Shown piece after piece: positions 38,925 to 48,551 of a stretch of DNA of 64,000 bases. Under the pieces are notes generated by a model. The model saw nothing but the letters and a program-made list of their open reading frames with translations, did not search any database and had not been told where the DNA came from. Positions within the stretch are counted from its first letter, which is position 1. Each line of letters begins with the position of its first letter. A program made the translations under genes and the position numbers. The stretch lies in the NCBI GenBank assembly GCA_036846145.1, contig DAIUCM010000002.1, positions 15,345-79,344 of the forward strand, read 5' to 3'. The DNA is from Bacteroidota bacterium (GTDB lineage: Bacteria; Bacteroidota; Bacteroidia; CAILMK01).

Positions 38925-39080
38925 TTAATTATAATAGCAAGTCCATATTGCGTAAAGCCGAAAAATGATTTTGCAAATTAATGGGATTAAAATTTATTTC
39001 ACTAAATAAAGTTAGATGTGCCATATTTTGAAAATATGGCACATCTGCGCTCTGAACCTAATATATTTACCAACCATTAA
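38925..39080. repeat. ~160-bp duplicated element copy 1, containing perfect 33-bp palindrome (38994-39026); candidate sRNA or MITE
   Basis: ~85% identical to 55975-56152; begins with palindromic-motif half-site (gtccatattgcg..gccgaaaaatgatttt); palindrome AGATGTGCCATATTTTGAAAATATGGCACATCT identical in both copies; ends with ccaacc..gttgg hairpin + T7 in this copy. Confidence 0.6.
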
Positions 39081-39117
39081 TGCATAAAATCTTCTGTTGG
39101 ATTTTTTTCGAGTCACG

Positions 39118-39277
39118 TTATTCAGCAAATAATTTTTTAGCCATTCTTGCAGCTAAGTTATCAATATCATTACGCCTTAATAATTGGTTCAACCAATTTT
39201 CAGGTATTGAATTATAACCATATAGTAAGCCTGCAAGCCCGCCGGTTACCGCTGCAGTTGTGTCTGTATCTGATATA
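39118..39277 (-). pseudogene. 3'-terminal remnant of an ADP-ribosylglycohydrolase gene
   Basis: Minus-strand frame translates ISDTDTTAAVTGGLAGLLYGYNSIPENWLNQLLRRNDIDNLAARMAKKLFAE*, the conserved C-terminus of the ADP-ribosylglycohydrolase family (DTDT.AA..G.L.G...G...IP..W); upstream homology stops at a T8 run and an in-frame stop; no room for the N-terminal 250 aa. Confidence 0.5.
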
Positions 39278-39381
39278 AAAAAAAGAATATTTTATCTCAT
39301 AATTATTGAATTCCAGGTTGCCATCTAACTCTAAAGGATAAATCTTGACCAGGTAAATATTATATGCCGTATTTATTTTCT

Positions 39382-39780
39382 TTATGAATGGTATAGTTTT
39401 TTTAAGCCAATCTGCACAATTTTATCATACTCGGTTTTGAAAACTATGTTTCCATCCAGGTCTGTTGCTCCGTGTTTCCCGTATTCTTGCACCAAAAACC
39501 TGTTGCGCCCCATAAAAAAGTAAATCTGTTCATATTTTACAGGAAGAATCGGCTTTAAGCTGCTATTGTAAACACCGTATTTTTCTTCTGCAGAAACCAT
39601 GAAAAAATGCTTCCCTTCAGCGTAAACTATTAAATTATTATTGAATGCTATGGAAAATATTTGTTTCGGCTGTGCATCAAGCAATCCTTTTTTATTGTCA
39701 TTATAAACAGTTATAAAATACTGCTCAGCAGAGAATCCGATAAGTGGACGATCATCTATTTTATCATAAGTTGGCGCCAA
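39382..39780 (-). CDS. WG-repeat (KWG-like) containing protein
   Basis: 132 aa; repeated YDKI/YEQI...G...V...GK.G..D..GN.V motifs. Confidence 0.4.
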   Translation of the reverse strand: MAPTYDKIDDRPLIGFSAEQYFITVYNDNKKGLLDAQPKQIFSIAFNNNLIVYAEGKHFFMVSAEEKYGVYNSSLKPILPVKYEQIYFFMGRNRFLVQEYGKHGATDLDGNIVFKTEYDKIVQIGLKKLYHS

Positions 39781-40072
39781 TGCTAATTGTCCTAATTGAT
39801 TTATAAACCCCCACTTGCCTTCGGCTTATACAGCAAATAGAAAGGGCTTGGCGCTAAAAAAATTAAAAGTGAAAATAATTAGCAAGGCATAATTCACTTA
39901 AATAATGCTTTTATTTAAATTAAAAAACCATTCGAAAGTATTTTTTCGGCCTGGTATATTTGGGTAATTTTTTGCGCTGTATTTGAACAATATATGTTGT
40001 AAGAACATCTAATAAAGGTTAATATATCACAAACAAACCTTTAAAAATTCCGACTAACAAAAACAAACCAAT

Positions 40073-40411
40073 ATGAGAGTTAAAAACCAGAACGAAGTTG
40101 AGATCAGGTACAGCGAATCATCTCACTACAATAGTGCTTATATTTCAGGCACTTTCGGCGGCTTAAACCCAAGCGGTATGCTGGAAATTGATTTCTTTAC
40201 CGACAGGCTGCACAGGCCGGAGTCAACCACGCATAAAATTGAAGATGGGAAAATAGCAACCGAAATGGACGGTGAAATGGAAAGGCACCTGCATGTAAGA
40301 AAGGTAGAGTTTACGGCTATGATGAACCTTGAAGTTGCGAAAGCTTTCCATCAATGGCTTACACAAAAAATTACAGACCTGGAAAGCTTTAACAGCGCGC
40401 AAAGCAGGTAA
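40073..40411 (+). CDS. hypothetical protein
   Basis: 112-aa ORF followed by strong terminator. Confidence 0.4.
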   Translation: MRVKNQNEVEIRYSESSHYNSAYISGTFGGLNPSGMLEIDFFTDRLHRPESTTHKIEDGKIATEMDGEMERHLHVRKVEFTAMMNLEVAKAFHQWLTQKITDLESFNSAQSR

Positions 40412-40425
40412 AAAAATATAACACG

Positions 40426-40484
40426 CCGGCCGGTAAAAATTGAAGTGCATTTAAATTTCGATTTTTACCGGCCGGTTTATTTTA
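40426..40484 (+). terminator. rho-independent terminator (long stem)
   Basis: gccggccggtaaaaat...atttttaccggccgg-tttatttt. Confidence 0.7.
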
Positions 40485-40530
40485 CCGGTAACATACCAAG
40501 GCATTTTTTAGTACGTTTATATATGTAAAT

Positions 40531-41322
40531 GTGCGCTTTATGGTTTTTGCGAAATACTTGTTTCTATACGGTTTGCTTATTTTTCTGCCTGTTGTAACAT
40601 CGTTGCTGGTTATTAGGCCGGCGGAAAAACAAGCATTACAGGCTGCTTCTACGGAACAGGATCCTCAACCCAATAATGGCGCAAAAAGTCTTCATGAAAA
40701 ATATACTGAATTAAAAGATTCGCTTGCCGATGAGCGCAATAAACTGGCCGGTTTGTATAAAAACGCGGAAACTGAGGCGCAGAAAAACCAGCTGCTGGAA
40801 AAAGCCAGGCATTTATTTTTACAAACTTTGCAGCAGCGGATAATACCGGCATGGTACGGCACGCCCTGGGAGTTTTATGGCGCCAGCGAAATACCAAACG
40901 AGGGAAGCATTGCCTGCGGTTATTTTGTAACTACTGTTTTGCGTGATGCCGGGGTAAAGTTAGATCGTGTACACCTGGCGGAAATAGAATCGGAAACCAT
41001 GATACGCACCGTTATCGGAACGCCATATATTACCCGCTACAAAAATAAAGATATAGACGCTTTTATCAACAGCATTAAAAAGGCGGGCGACGCTTTTTAT
41101 ATTGTTGGCTTAGACTACCATACCGGTTTCCTGCTTTGCGATAAAGGAAAAACCTATTTCATACATGCTTATATACCAAGTGTTATAAAAGCAGACGCTT
41201 ACAGAAGCTATTTCTTAAGAATATCAGCATACAGAGTAACAGGTAAAATCAGCCACGACCCGGTTTTTGTGCGTAAATGGCTGCTGGGTGAAAGCTTTCC
41301 CAACCTTACCGTAAAGAAATAA
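40531..41322 (+). CDS. hypothetical secreted/membrane-anchored protein, possible transglutaminase-like Cys-peptidase core
   Basis: 263 aa; N-terminal hydrophobic helix; GSIACGYFVTTVLRDAGV resembles the G.C..F.....LR..GIP segment of transglutaminase-like folds; GTG start at 40531 or ATG at 40540; palindromic motif centre 6-15 nt upstream. Confidence 0.4.
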   Translation: MRFMVFAKYLFLYGLLIFLPVVTSLLVIRPAEKQALQAASTEQDPQPNNGAKSLHEKYTELKDSLADERNKLAGLYKNAETEAQKNQLLEKARHLFLQTLQQRIIPAWYGTPWEFYGASEIPNEGSIACGYFVTTVLRDAGVKLDRVHLAEIESETMIRTVIGTPYITRYKNKDIDAFINSIKKAGDAFYIVGLDYHTGFLLCDKGKTYFIHAYIPSVIKADAYRSYFLRISAYRVTGKISHDPVFVRKWLLGESFPNLTVKK

Positions 41323-41655
41323 TACATATATGGGCACTAATAAAAACTCAATCTCTGCGTTGTGCTATCCAATTTAAAATCATCACTTACAAAGTAAACT
41401 CCGGTTTTAAATTTTCTGCGCGCCTTGATCTAAAGATTTTTAGAGGTGCCCATATATGTATATGCCGGAAAATGCTTTGGCCGGGCAATGAAAACTGCAC
41501 TTAGCAGTAATTACTTTTACCAATATAGAATGAAAAACGCATAAATAATACTGGTTTGTGAGCCATGAAACCAGGTTGTAATACTTCGAAGCTCCGTTGC
41601 CTGTAGCTCACAGCACAATTTTCAAATGCGCACAATTCATGCTATATTGATATTA

Positions 41656-41943
41656 TTAAAAAGTTACGCTGGTAATACAGCAAACGGGTATGATGGCGCC
41701 GCCCTTCAGCGCAATATCGGCATCGGAAGCGTGCCAAACCGTAGTTTCCACACAGTTTTTTCCCTCTTTTGCGGCGAACTCTATTTTTACTTTTGTATGG
41801 TAAGCATTGCCTAAAATCATGGCTCGGTAAAGGTCTGCACGGCGTTTACGGATGGCTTCCTCGCTTCGTAAAACTTCGCTCCGGTTGAAGTGTAGCTTAC
41901 CAATGTCTTCTTTTGCAATTAACTTTTCATTGATCAATTCCAT
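41656..41943 (-). CDS. hypothetical protein
   Basis: 95-aa ORF; no recognised motif. Confidence 0.3.
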   Translation of the reverse strand: MELINEKLIAKEDIGKLHFNRSEVLRSEEAIRKRRADLYRAMILGNAYHTKVKIEFAAKEGKNCVETTVWHASDADIALKGGAIIPVCCITSVTF

Positions 41944-42295
41944 AGCAGTAAATTAAAGATTATCAAAAATATAGGCTACGGTATAAAAAGATTCTAACAA
42001 AAGCTGTAAACGGGCACAATTGTAATGTTTAACCGGAAATATAATTAAATACTTACCCCATTACTGCCGAAAATCCCATTACCGCCAAATTCAGCGAAAC
42101 CATCATACCAAAACCTATAATAAAAACTGTAAGTAAATATACGTAAAATACAGCAGTTTAGTGCAAACAGCCCAAAAAAATTGATTTTTGCAGTTATTTT
42201 ACAAGCTCCTGCCATATAACTAACCCTGACGACTGCTTTAGGTTCATATAACTAAGCGTTTGAAGGCCTGGCAGGCAGAGAACAGGCAGCGCTAT

Positions 42296-43972
42296 TTATT
42301 TGCAGTAAACTATGAATTTTACCGGTTGGCTGATTGTATCTTGCCCAGAAACAGAAAGTAAGTAAGCACCTTGTTTCAAACTCTTAATATCCAAGGTTTC
42401 ATATATTAAGCCGATTTTATCGCCTGATATAAGTTGCTGACTCACAACCTGCCCAAGCATATTTACAATATTTATTTTCACCTGGCCAGGCGAAGTTTTG
42501 ATGAACTGAACAGTTAACAGGTTACTGGCAGGATTTGGATAAAGCTGCAGTAGATCCAGAGCTATTGTTTCAGTTTCGCAAAGCTTATTAATTTCGGCCA
42601 TTGCCTTATTAACGTTTAATATTCCGCCGGCAGCAACTGTATCTGTAAAGGCTTCGCCTACTTCTGCATTCCGTAAAAGCATCTCTTTTATATAAAGCGC
42701 GTTTTGTTGCGGGTAATCTGCCGCCATTTTAATAAATTTTGTACACGGATGCGCGTACAGCAACGCAATACTGCCTGCAACATGCGGCGCTGCGAAAGAT
42801 GTACCTGAAACCGTGCCATAGCCACCCGGCTGCGTAGTAAATATACTTACACCGGGCGCAGCAATATCTACAGTGTTTTTTCCAAATGCTGTTACAGGAT
42901 CTCTTCTGCCCTGCTGGTTAGCGCTTGTTACTGTAATTAAATACGGGCTTGTACAACTGCTTGGTATATCGTGCGCTGAATCTAAATTAATACCGGCGTT
43001 GGCAGTGGCTGCTACATTTAATACCCCAAGGCTGCCAAGCGCGTTATACATCTCGCACCAGATGGGAAAATCATCGGCTTTGCCAAAATCCACCCCAAAA
43101 GATGTGTTGGTGCATACAACATAAGCGCCTGTTTTTTTGCGGTTATATTGCTCGCGCAGGGTATAAATATAGCTGTAAGCACTTACTACCTCGGCTTCAG
43201 TTTCTGAAGAGCCCGCTACAGCAAGTGTTTTTACATGCCAGTTTACACCACTAATGCCGGTATTATTGTTTCCGCGCGCAGCGGCAATCCCGGCCACTTG
43301 TGTACCATGAAACCTGTTAGGGATAGAATCGGAGCGGTTAAATACATTCCAGCCGTAGTAATCATCTGCATAGCCGTTTTCATCATCATCAATGCCGTTA
43401 CCGGGAATTTCATAATGGTTCCGCCAGTAATCAATATCTTCATGCCGCATATCGAAACCATTATCAATAACAGCAATTACAATTGTATCTCCAGCCGGTG
43501 TTGTACCGCCGGTTGTGGTTTGCCATGCTTCGGTTATCTGAATGTCCGTTCGGCTTGTACCAGGCTGGTTGTGAGCATTATTTAAATTCCATTGCCGCGG
43601 AAAAAGCGAATCGGAAGGTATTTTTTGGCGGAGGCTTATATGGTGGTTATGCTGCGCAAGAAGTATGTTTTCGTTTTGCCTTAACTGCTGTAGCAGCTGT
43701 ATTGAAGTATTTTCCGCAGTATCTATATATAGCAGCCAGATATTAAGCTGAGCGCTCAGTTGCTTATTTTCCTTTATGTGAGAATGTTTTGCTCTTGCGC
43801 CAAAGTTAATTGAGTTTACATCGGCTCCATCTTTAAGCTTTACGATAAACTGGCCGCCAATTACATTGCTTTTATTAGCCTGTGCAGCGGTTTCGGAATG
43901 GAAAAATACCAGCAGGAAAGCGGCAAACCAAATACTCACCGCCATAATATATCTTATAAAAATATGCTTCAA
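42296..43972 (-). CDS. S8 (subtilisin-like) serine peptidase with T9SS type-A C-terminal sorting domain
   Basis: 558 aa; D/H/S triad contexts (VIDNGFD, HGTQVAGIAAARGNN, GTSFAAPHVAGSIALL); C-terminus LYPNPASNLLTV......INIVNMLGQVV.......GAYLLSV. Confidence 0.85.
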   Translation of the reverse strand: MKHIFIRYIMAVSIWFAAFLLVFFHSETAAQANKSNVIGGQFIVKLKDGADVNSINFGARAKHSHIKENKQLSAQLNIWLLYIDTAENTSIQLLQQLRQNENILLAQHNHHISLRQKIPSDSLFPRQWNLNNAHNQPGTSRTDIQITEAWQTTTGGTTPAGDTIVIAVIDNGFDMRHEDIDYWRNHYEIPGNGIDDDENGYADDYYGWNVFNRSDSIPNRFHGTQVAGIAAARGNNNTGISGVNWHVKTLAVAGSSETEAEVVSAYSYIYTLREQYNRKKTGAYVVCTNTSFGVDFGKADDFPIWCEMYNALGSLGVLNVAATANAGINLDSAHDIPSSCTSPYLITVTSANQQGRRDPVTAFGKNTVDIAAPGVSIFTTQPGGYGTVSGTSFAAPHVAGSIALLYAHPCTKFIKMAADYPQQNALYIKEMLLRNAEVGEAFTDTVAAGGILNVNKAMAEINKLCETETIALDLLQLYPNPASNLLTVQFIKTSPGQVKINIVNMLGQVVSQQLISGDKIGLIYETLDIKSLKQGAYLLSVSGQDTISQPVKFIVYCK

Positions 43973-43982
43973 CGCCTGATGT

Positions 43983-44456
43983 TTATTCCTGCTTCTCGGG
44001 CTGGCCTTTTTCCCAGCTAAGTAAAGAGAAAGTTATGGGAAATTTGATCAGCATTCTTATTGATTCTCCTTTATGCGAAGCCGGAATCCACTTCGGCATT
44101 TCCTTGATCATCCGCGCGGCTTCCTCGCCCAAACCGGCTCCCGGATCTTCTAAAATCTTTACTTCTGTAATACTGCCATCTTTATCTATAATGGCTTGTA
44201 CATAAACCTTACCTTCAACCTTATCTTGCAGCGCTTTCGCCGGATATTTCATGTTTTCACGAACATAGGCCTGGAAATTTCCGGGAAACTGAGGAATTTT
44301 ATCAACCACTGCGAATTCATCGCTATTGGCATTGCTTTGCGAAAGCACTTTTGCTGAACCGGGCAATAAAAACAATACTAGCAGAAATAACCTGTAAATA
44401 AACTGTTGCTTCTGTTTCATAAATCTTATTTTAAATAATTCGGCTTGTCGGGTCAA
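43983..44456 (-). CDS. secreted TonB C-terminal-domain protein, paralog 1
   Basis: 157 aa; signal peptide; PKFPGGxxAxxxYLxxNxxYPxxAxxxxIxGTVxVxFVIxKDGxIxxVxIVRSxxxxLDxEAxRVVxxMPxWxPGxxNGKPVxV... consensus shared with 44644 and 45126 ORFs (DPG.GLGEEAAR..KEMP.W.PA). Confidence 0.6.
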   Translation of the reverse strand: MTRQAELFKIRFMKQKQQFIYRLFLLVLFLLPGSAKVLSQSNANSDEFAVVDKIPQFPGNFQAYVRENMKYPAKALQDKVEGKVYVQAIIDKDGSITEVKILEDPGAGLGEEAARMIKEMPKWIPASHKGESIRMLIKFPITFSLLSWEKGQPEKQE

Positions 44457-44643
44457 AAAACTTGAAGGCTAATAAAATGACTTTCAATTTAAGGAACATA
44501 AAATAGCTAATATACTGCAATTTAGCTAAAATACGCGGATATTTATGGTTACAGAAGCATTTTTTGGCACATGGATATATGCAGAAACATGCTTTGGCCA
44601 GCTTTATAAACGAAAGCTATTATCTGATAATAGATTGAAAGCC

Positions 44644-45069
44644 TTACTTCCTCTTCTTTTTCTTACTCTTGCCTGAATCACCAATCATAAATTTTACAGG
44701 TAAGGTCAGCTGATAATTTACCGTTTTGCCATTTTGTGATGCTGGTTCCCAATCGGGCATCTGCCAGATTACGCGCGCTGCCTCCTCACCCAATCCGCCA
44801 CCCGGATCTTCCATAATCTCAACATCTTCTACTTTTCCTGTTTTACCAATTAATACTTTAAGCTTTACGGTGCCTGAAATATCATTTTCAAGAGCTTCTA
44901 TAGGATACCTGATATTTTGTGCCAGGTATCTACTATAATTGCCTTTGAATGATGCAGGAATATCTACAAACTCATAAATCTTTTTGCTGCTATCTGCCTG
45001 GGCAAAAAGCTGCAATTGCACGAAAAAGAATAAAATAACCAGGAAAAAACTATTTTTTGTAATGCGCAC
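44644..45069 (-). CDS. secreted TonB C-terminal-domain protein, paralog 2
   Basis: 141 aa; same architecture; MEDPGGGLGEEAARVIWQMPDWEPASQNGKTV. Confidence 0.6.
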   Translation of the reverse strand: MRITKNSFFLVILFFFVQLQLFAQADSSKKIYEFVDIPASFKGNYSRYLAQNIRYPIEALENDISGTVKLKVLIGKTGKVEDVEIMEDPGGGLGEEAARVIWQMPDWEPASQNGKTVNYQLTLPVKFMIGDSGKSKKKKRK

Positions 45070-45125
45070 AGGCTTATGGTGTGTTTAGAAATAGAAATGA
45101 TATTTTGCGACAGCGTAAATTGATT

Positions 45126-45572
45126 TTACTTTTCTTTATCTGTTTCTGACGGTAATAGATTTTGCAGTACAAATTTTACAGGTACCATTAGTTTTACACG
45201 CACAGGCCTGCCGTTGATTTTGCCTGGCCTCCAGTTGGGCATTTCCCTAACTACTTTCGCTGCTTCTTCGCCTAATCCACCACCCGGATTTCTAACAATC
45301 TGTACACTTTCAACTTCACCGGCTTTACCTATAATCAGCGACAAATAAACAGTGCCTTGTATATTGTTTTTCATTGCTTCGGCAGGATAGCTTACATGCT
45401 CGGATAAGTATGCCACATAATCGCTTTCAAAAAAGGGCATTTCATCGGCAAATTCATGAACAGGATCATTATCCTTCGGCGCGGCTTTTATATTCTGCGC
45501 AGAAATACTATGCCCTGTTAAAACAAAAATGACGAATAATGCCGGCAGCAATTGGTTTTTATAAAGATCCAT
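45126..45572 (-). CDS. secreted TonB C-terminal-domain protein, paralog 3
   Basis: 148 aa; VRNPGGGLGEEAAKVVREMPNWRPGKINGRPVRV. Confidence 0.6.
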   Translation of the reverse strand: MDLYKNQLLPALFVIFVLTGHSISAQNIKAAPKDNDPVHEFADEMPFFESDYVAYLSEHVSYPAEAMKNNIQGTVYLSLIIGKAGEVESVQIVRNPGGGLGEEAAKVVREMPNWRPGKINGRPVRVKLMVPVKFVLQNLLPSETDKEK

Positions 45573-45674
45573 ATTTTAATATACTTAAGCTTTTAAAAAT
45601 ATGCAATTTAACGATAAAGCACCGGAATAATTTCTTGCCGAAGCATTTTTCCGCATTTATATATATGGAATATT

Positions 45675-46859
45675 TTAAATACCCAGCTCTACCTGCAAAG
45701 CGAAGTACCAGTTTTTTTCACCGCCAATAATATTCTGGTAACCGATATTTTCCTGTACTTTAACCCTGTGGCCTTTTAAATATTGCGTACAGCCAAGCAC
45801 ATAATGCGTTACAGGCTTATCTGTAGATTTTCTGTATTCATACGGATGCATGGCTGTGAACCTTCCGGCAAGCTCAACATTGTTTTTAAACAGGTAGCTG
45901 GCCTGTATATTTTCGCCATAGCCCACATAAATATTACGATTTTGAATACCGCTTACTGTAACAGGCTTCGCAGCGTTCCTTATAATATATTCACCGCTTA
46001 AAGCGAAGCCACGGTATTTTAGTACGGCATCGCCAATAATAGTTTCCATATCGCGCTTTTCAAAAAGATCTCGGCCAATCTGCCCGCCGCTTCTTACTGC
46101 ATTATCGTTGAAACTATAAACTGCGCCAACCGATAATTTTGGTGTTTTTTCACGCATTAAATCTCCTTCAAAATAATCGCCCTTGTTTTCGAAGTTGCCG
46201 AAAGGCAAAACCTCAACACGCCCTGTATAAGCTAAGCCATTGTCTGAAGAAACTGAATTACGTCCCTCACCGCTTGTTAGCGCCGCTTTAAAATTGTAGT
46301 TGAAGTCGCCGAAATTATTGTTATAAGCGGCCTGCAAACCAAAATCACGATCGATATTTAAAGTAGCATTTAATATAGACCGGTCCACAAACTGCTGATC
46401 ACCGGAGGAAATTACACGCTGCCGGTTGCCGGGAAGTTTTCCCTGCCCGAATGAAAGCGTAAAATTTGGCGTAAATTTATAGGAGATCATAGCATCGCGC
46501 ACAACATTTGGGCTGGTGTTGTATTTCGAATTATCAGGCCCGCTCCAGTCCATATCGCCGCGGGAGAATGATAACTGCAAACTATAAGTAAGTTTCGGGT
46601 TCCATACAAAACCTTCGAACCTTAAGCGGCAGCGCCGCACACGCGCTTCAACCTCGCTGGCTGAGAGATCTGTATTACTTACGGTCTGCATAATAGCCCT
46701 GTTCTGCATACGAAACCTTATGTTCATGCTGAAACTGCTGTCGGCTGCGGTAATTCCCAATCCATTCTTATAACTAAAAAATGGCGTGTTGGCCTGCTGG
46801 GCATTACAAACAACATTTATAAAAAACCATAACAGGCAAACTAAACAACTGTATTTCAT
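45675..46859 (-). CDS. OprO/OprP-like (phosphate-selective) porin-family outer-membrane protein
   Basis: 394 aa; signal peptide; beta-barrel; first gene of the porin-TonB_C x3-S8 peptidase same-strand cluster, adjacent to pst locus. Confidence 0.5.
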   Translation of the reverse strand: MKYSCLVCLLWFFINVVCNAQQANTPFFSYKNGLGITAADSSFSMNIRFRMQNRAIMQTVSNTDLSASEVEARVRRCRLRFEGFVWNPKLTYSLQLSFSRGDMDWSGPDNSKYNTSPNVVRDAMISYKFTPNFTLSFGQGKLPGNRQRVISSGDQQFVDRSILNATLNIDRDFGLQAAYNNNFGDFNYNFKAALTSGEGRNSVSSDNGLAYTGRVEVLPFGNFENKGDYFEGDLMREKTPKLSVGAVYSFNDNAVRSGGQIGRDLFEKRDMETIIGDAVLKYRGFALSGEYIIRNAAKPVTVSGIQNRNIYVGYGENIQASYLFKNNVELAGRFTAMHPYEYRKSTDKPVTHYVLGCTQYLKGHRVKVQENIGYQNIIGGEKNWYFALQVELGI

Positions 46860-47068
46860 GCGAATAAATCGTTACTATTTTCTACAAAGAAGAATGCTTT
46901 ATTTTTAACTAACTGAAGCATTTTTAGCCATACATATATATGGTACACCTGTAAAAATGATTCATCATACAGCAAATGTATTAACGATTTCTTAACACAC
47001 GCTTAACATTTGGCCAATTTTGCGTGCGGAACTTTGCAGAGAATTAATAATTTTATAAAACCTGCTTA

Positions 47069-48307
47069 ATGCGTTTCCTTCAAAAGTTTATACAGCACAC
47101 TCTGTTATTCATCTGCATTACTTTCAGCACGAATGTTTTTTCACAAACCGACAGCATAAAAAAGCCTTCCGTTGCCGAACAGCCAGCCAGGGAAAAAGCC
47201 TGGTACGAAAAAATAGCTTTGCGTGGCTATACACAAATACGCTATAACAGGCTGCTGGAAACGAACCCGGATCTTAAATGCGACCAGTGCGATAAATCAT
47301 GGGGAGCAAATGGTGGTATTTTTATTCGCCGCGCCAGGCTTGTGCTTAGTGGCGATGTGCATCCGCAGGTTTATATTTATATTCAGCCCGATTTAGCTTC
47401 TGCACCTTCCAGCAACTCATTGCATTTTGCGCAGCTGCGCGATGCTTATTTCGACCTTAGTTTCGATAAAAGCAAAGAATACCGTTTGCGTGTAGGCCAA
47501 AGCAAAATACCTTATGGTTTTGAGAATTTACAATCGAGCCAGAACCGTTTAGCGCTGGACAGGAACGATGCATTGAACAGCGCTGTTGCCAATGAACGCG
47601 ATATGGGCGCTTTTTTCTACTGGGCGCCAAAACACATCCGCGAAAGATTTTCAAGCCTTATAAAATCCGGATTGAAAGGCTCGGGAGATTATGGTGTTTT
47701 TGCTTTTGGCGCTTATAACGGGCAAACTGCCAATAAGCCGGACCTTAACAATTCACTGCATTACGTAGCAAGAGTTTCCTATCCTTTCCAGTTTAAAAAT
47801 GGCCAGATCATCGAACCGGGCATACAGGCTTACACAGGTAAATTTGTTGTTGCTACAGACCAGATCACAAAAGGCGTAACTTTAAATAACACGGAAGTTT
47901 TAGATGAGCGCGCCGCAGCAAGCTTTGTAGTTTACCCACAGCCATTTGGTTTCCAGGCAGAATATAATATCGGCACCGGCCCGGAGTTCAATCCGCAGAC
48001 CAATACAATAGATTCCAGGAAACTGGAAGGCGGCTATGCCATGATAAATTACAAGCTGAATATTGGAAAACAGCTTTTGTATCCATTCATCAGAACCCAA
48101 TATTACAGCGGCGGAAAAAAGCACGAAACCGATGCCCGTAAATACCGCGTTCGCGAGCACGAATTTGGCATAGAATGGCAGCCTTACAACAACTTCGAGC
48201 TTGTAGCTATGTACACCATTTCGGATAGAACCTTTGAAGATTTCAAGCTGCCAAGCAACGCACAAAGCGGTAATTTATTAAGGCTGCAGCTACAGTTCAA
48301 TTACTAA
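47069..48307 (+). CDS. OprO/OprP-like porin-family outer-membrane protein
   Basis: 412 aa; signal peptide; IRRARLVLSGDVHPQVYIYIQPD segment typical of Porin_O_P; divergent from 45675 porin. Confidence 0.5.
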   Translation: MRFLQKFIQHTLLFICITFSTNVFSQTDSIKKPSVAEQPAREKAWYEKIALRGYTQIRYNRLLETNPDLKCDQCDKSWGANGGIFIRRARLVLSGDVHPQVYIYIQPDLASAPSSNSLHFAQLRDAYFDLSFDKSKEYRLRVGQSKIPYGFENLQSSQNRLALDRNDALNSAVANERDMGAFFYWAPKHIRERFSSLIKSGLKGSGDYGVFAFGAYNGQTANKPDLNNSLHYVARVSYPFQFKNGQIIEPGIQAYTGKFVVATDQITKGVTLNNTEVLDERAAASFVVYPQPFGFQAEYNIGTGPEFNPQTNTIDSRKLEGGYAMINYKLNIGKQLLYPFIRTQYYSGGKKHETDARKYRVREHEFGIEWQPYNNFELVAMYTISDRTFEDFKLPSNAQSGNLLRLQLQFNY

Positions 48308-48385
48308 GAATAATGAATGATTGAATGAATGTAAGAATGAAAGAATATGCCGCGATGCGAAGCAAACCGAAATTCAATTACGAAT

Positions 48386-48551
48386 CAATGTCGTTTAATT
48401 AAGGATGGAATAAATTCCATCCCTACAATATTTGATCGTCCATACTGGACTTGATTAACGCTCCGAACCAAGTTCCATGGGAACGATAAAATATTGTAGC
48501 AACGGATTTTAATCCGTTGATGGCAAGAATTTTCTTACCTAAACGACATTG
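48386..48551. repeat. structured element with nested inverted repeats (outer 12-bp IR CAATGTCGTTTA/TAAACGACATTG; inner IR CTACAATATTT/AAATATTGTAG; hairpins GGATGGAATAAATTCCATCC and CAACGGATTTTAATCCGTTG); candidate ncRNA or MITE
   Basis: Four independent stem pairs within 166 bp, flanked on both sides by direct copies of AATTACGAAT + GCCGCGATGCGAAGCAA blocks related to MITE family 2 ends. Confidence 0.5.

Noticed and set aside
44560-44582. TGGCAC-N5-TATATGC resembling a sigma-54 -24/-12 promoter
   Set aside because: The -12 element is TATATGC rather than TTGC(A/T). The sequence is simply the GGCAC spacer of one copy of the palindromic motif, and other copies lack GG-N10-GC.
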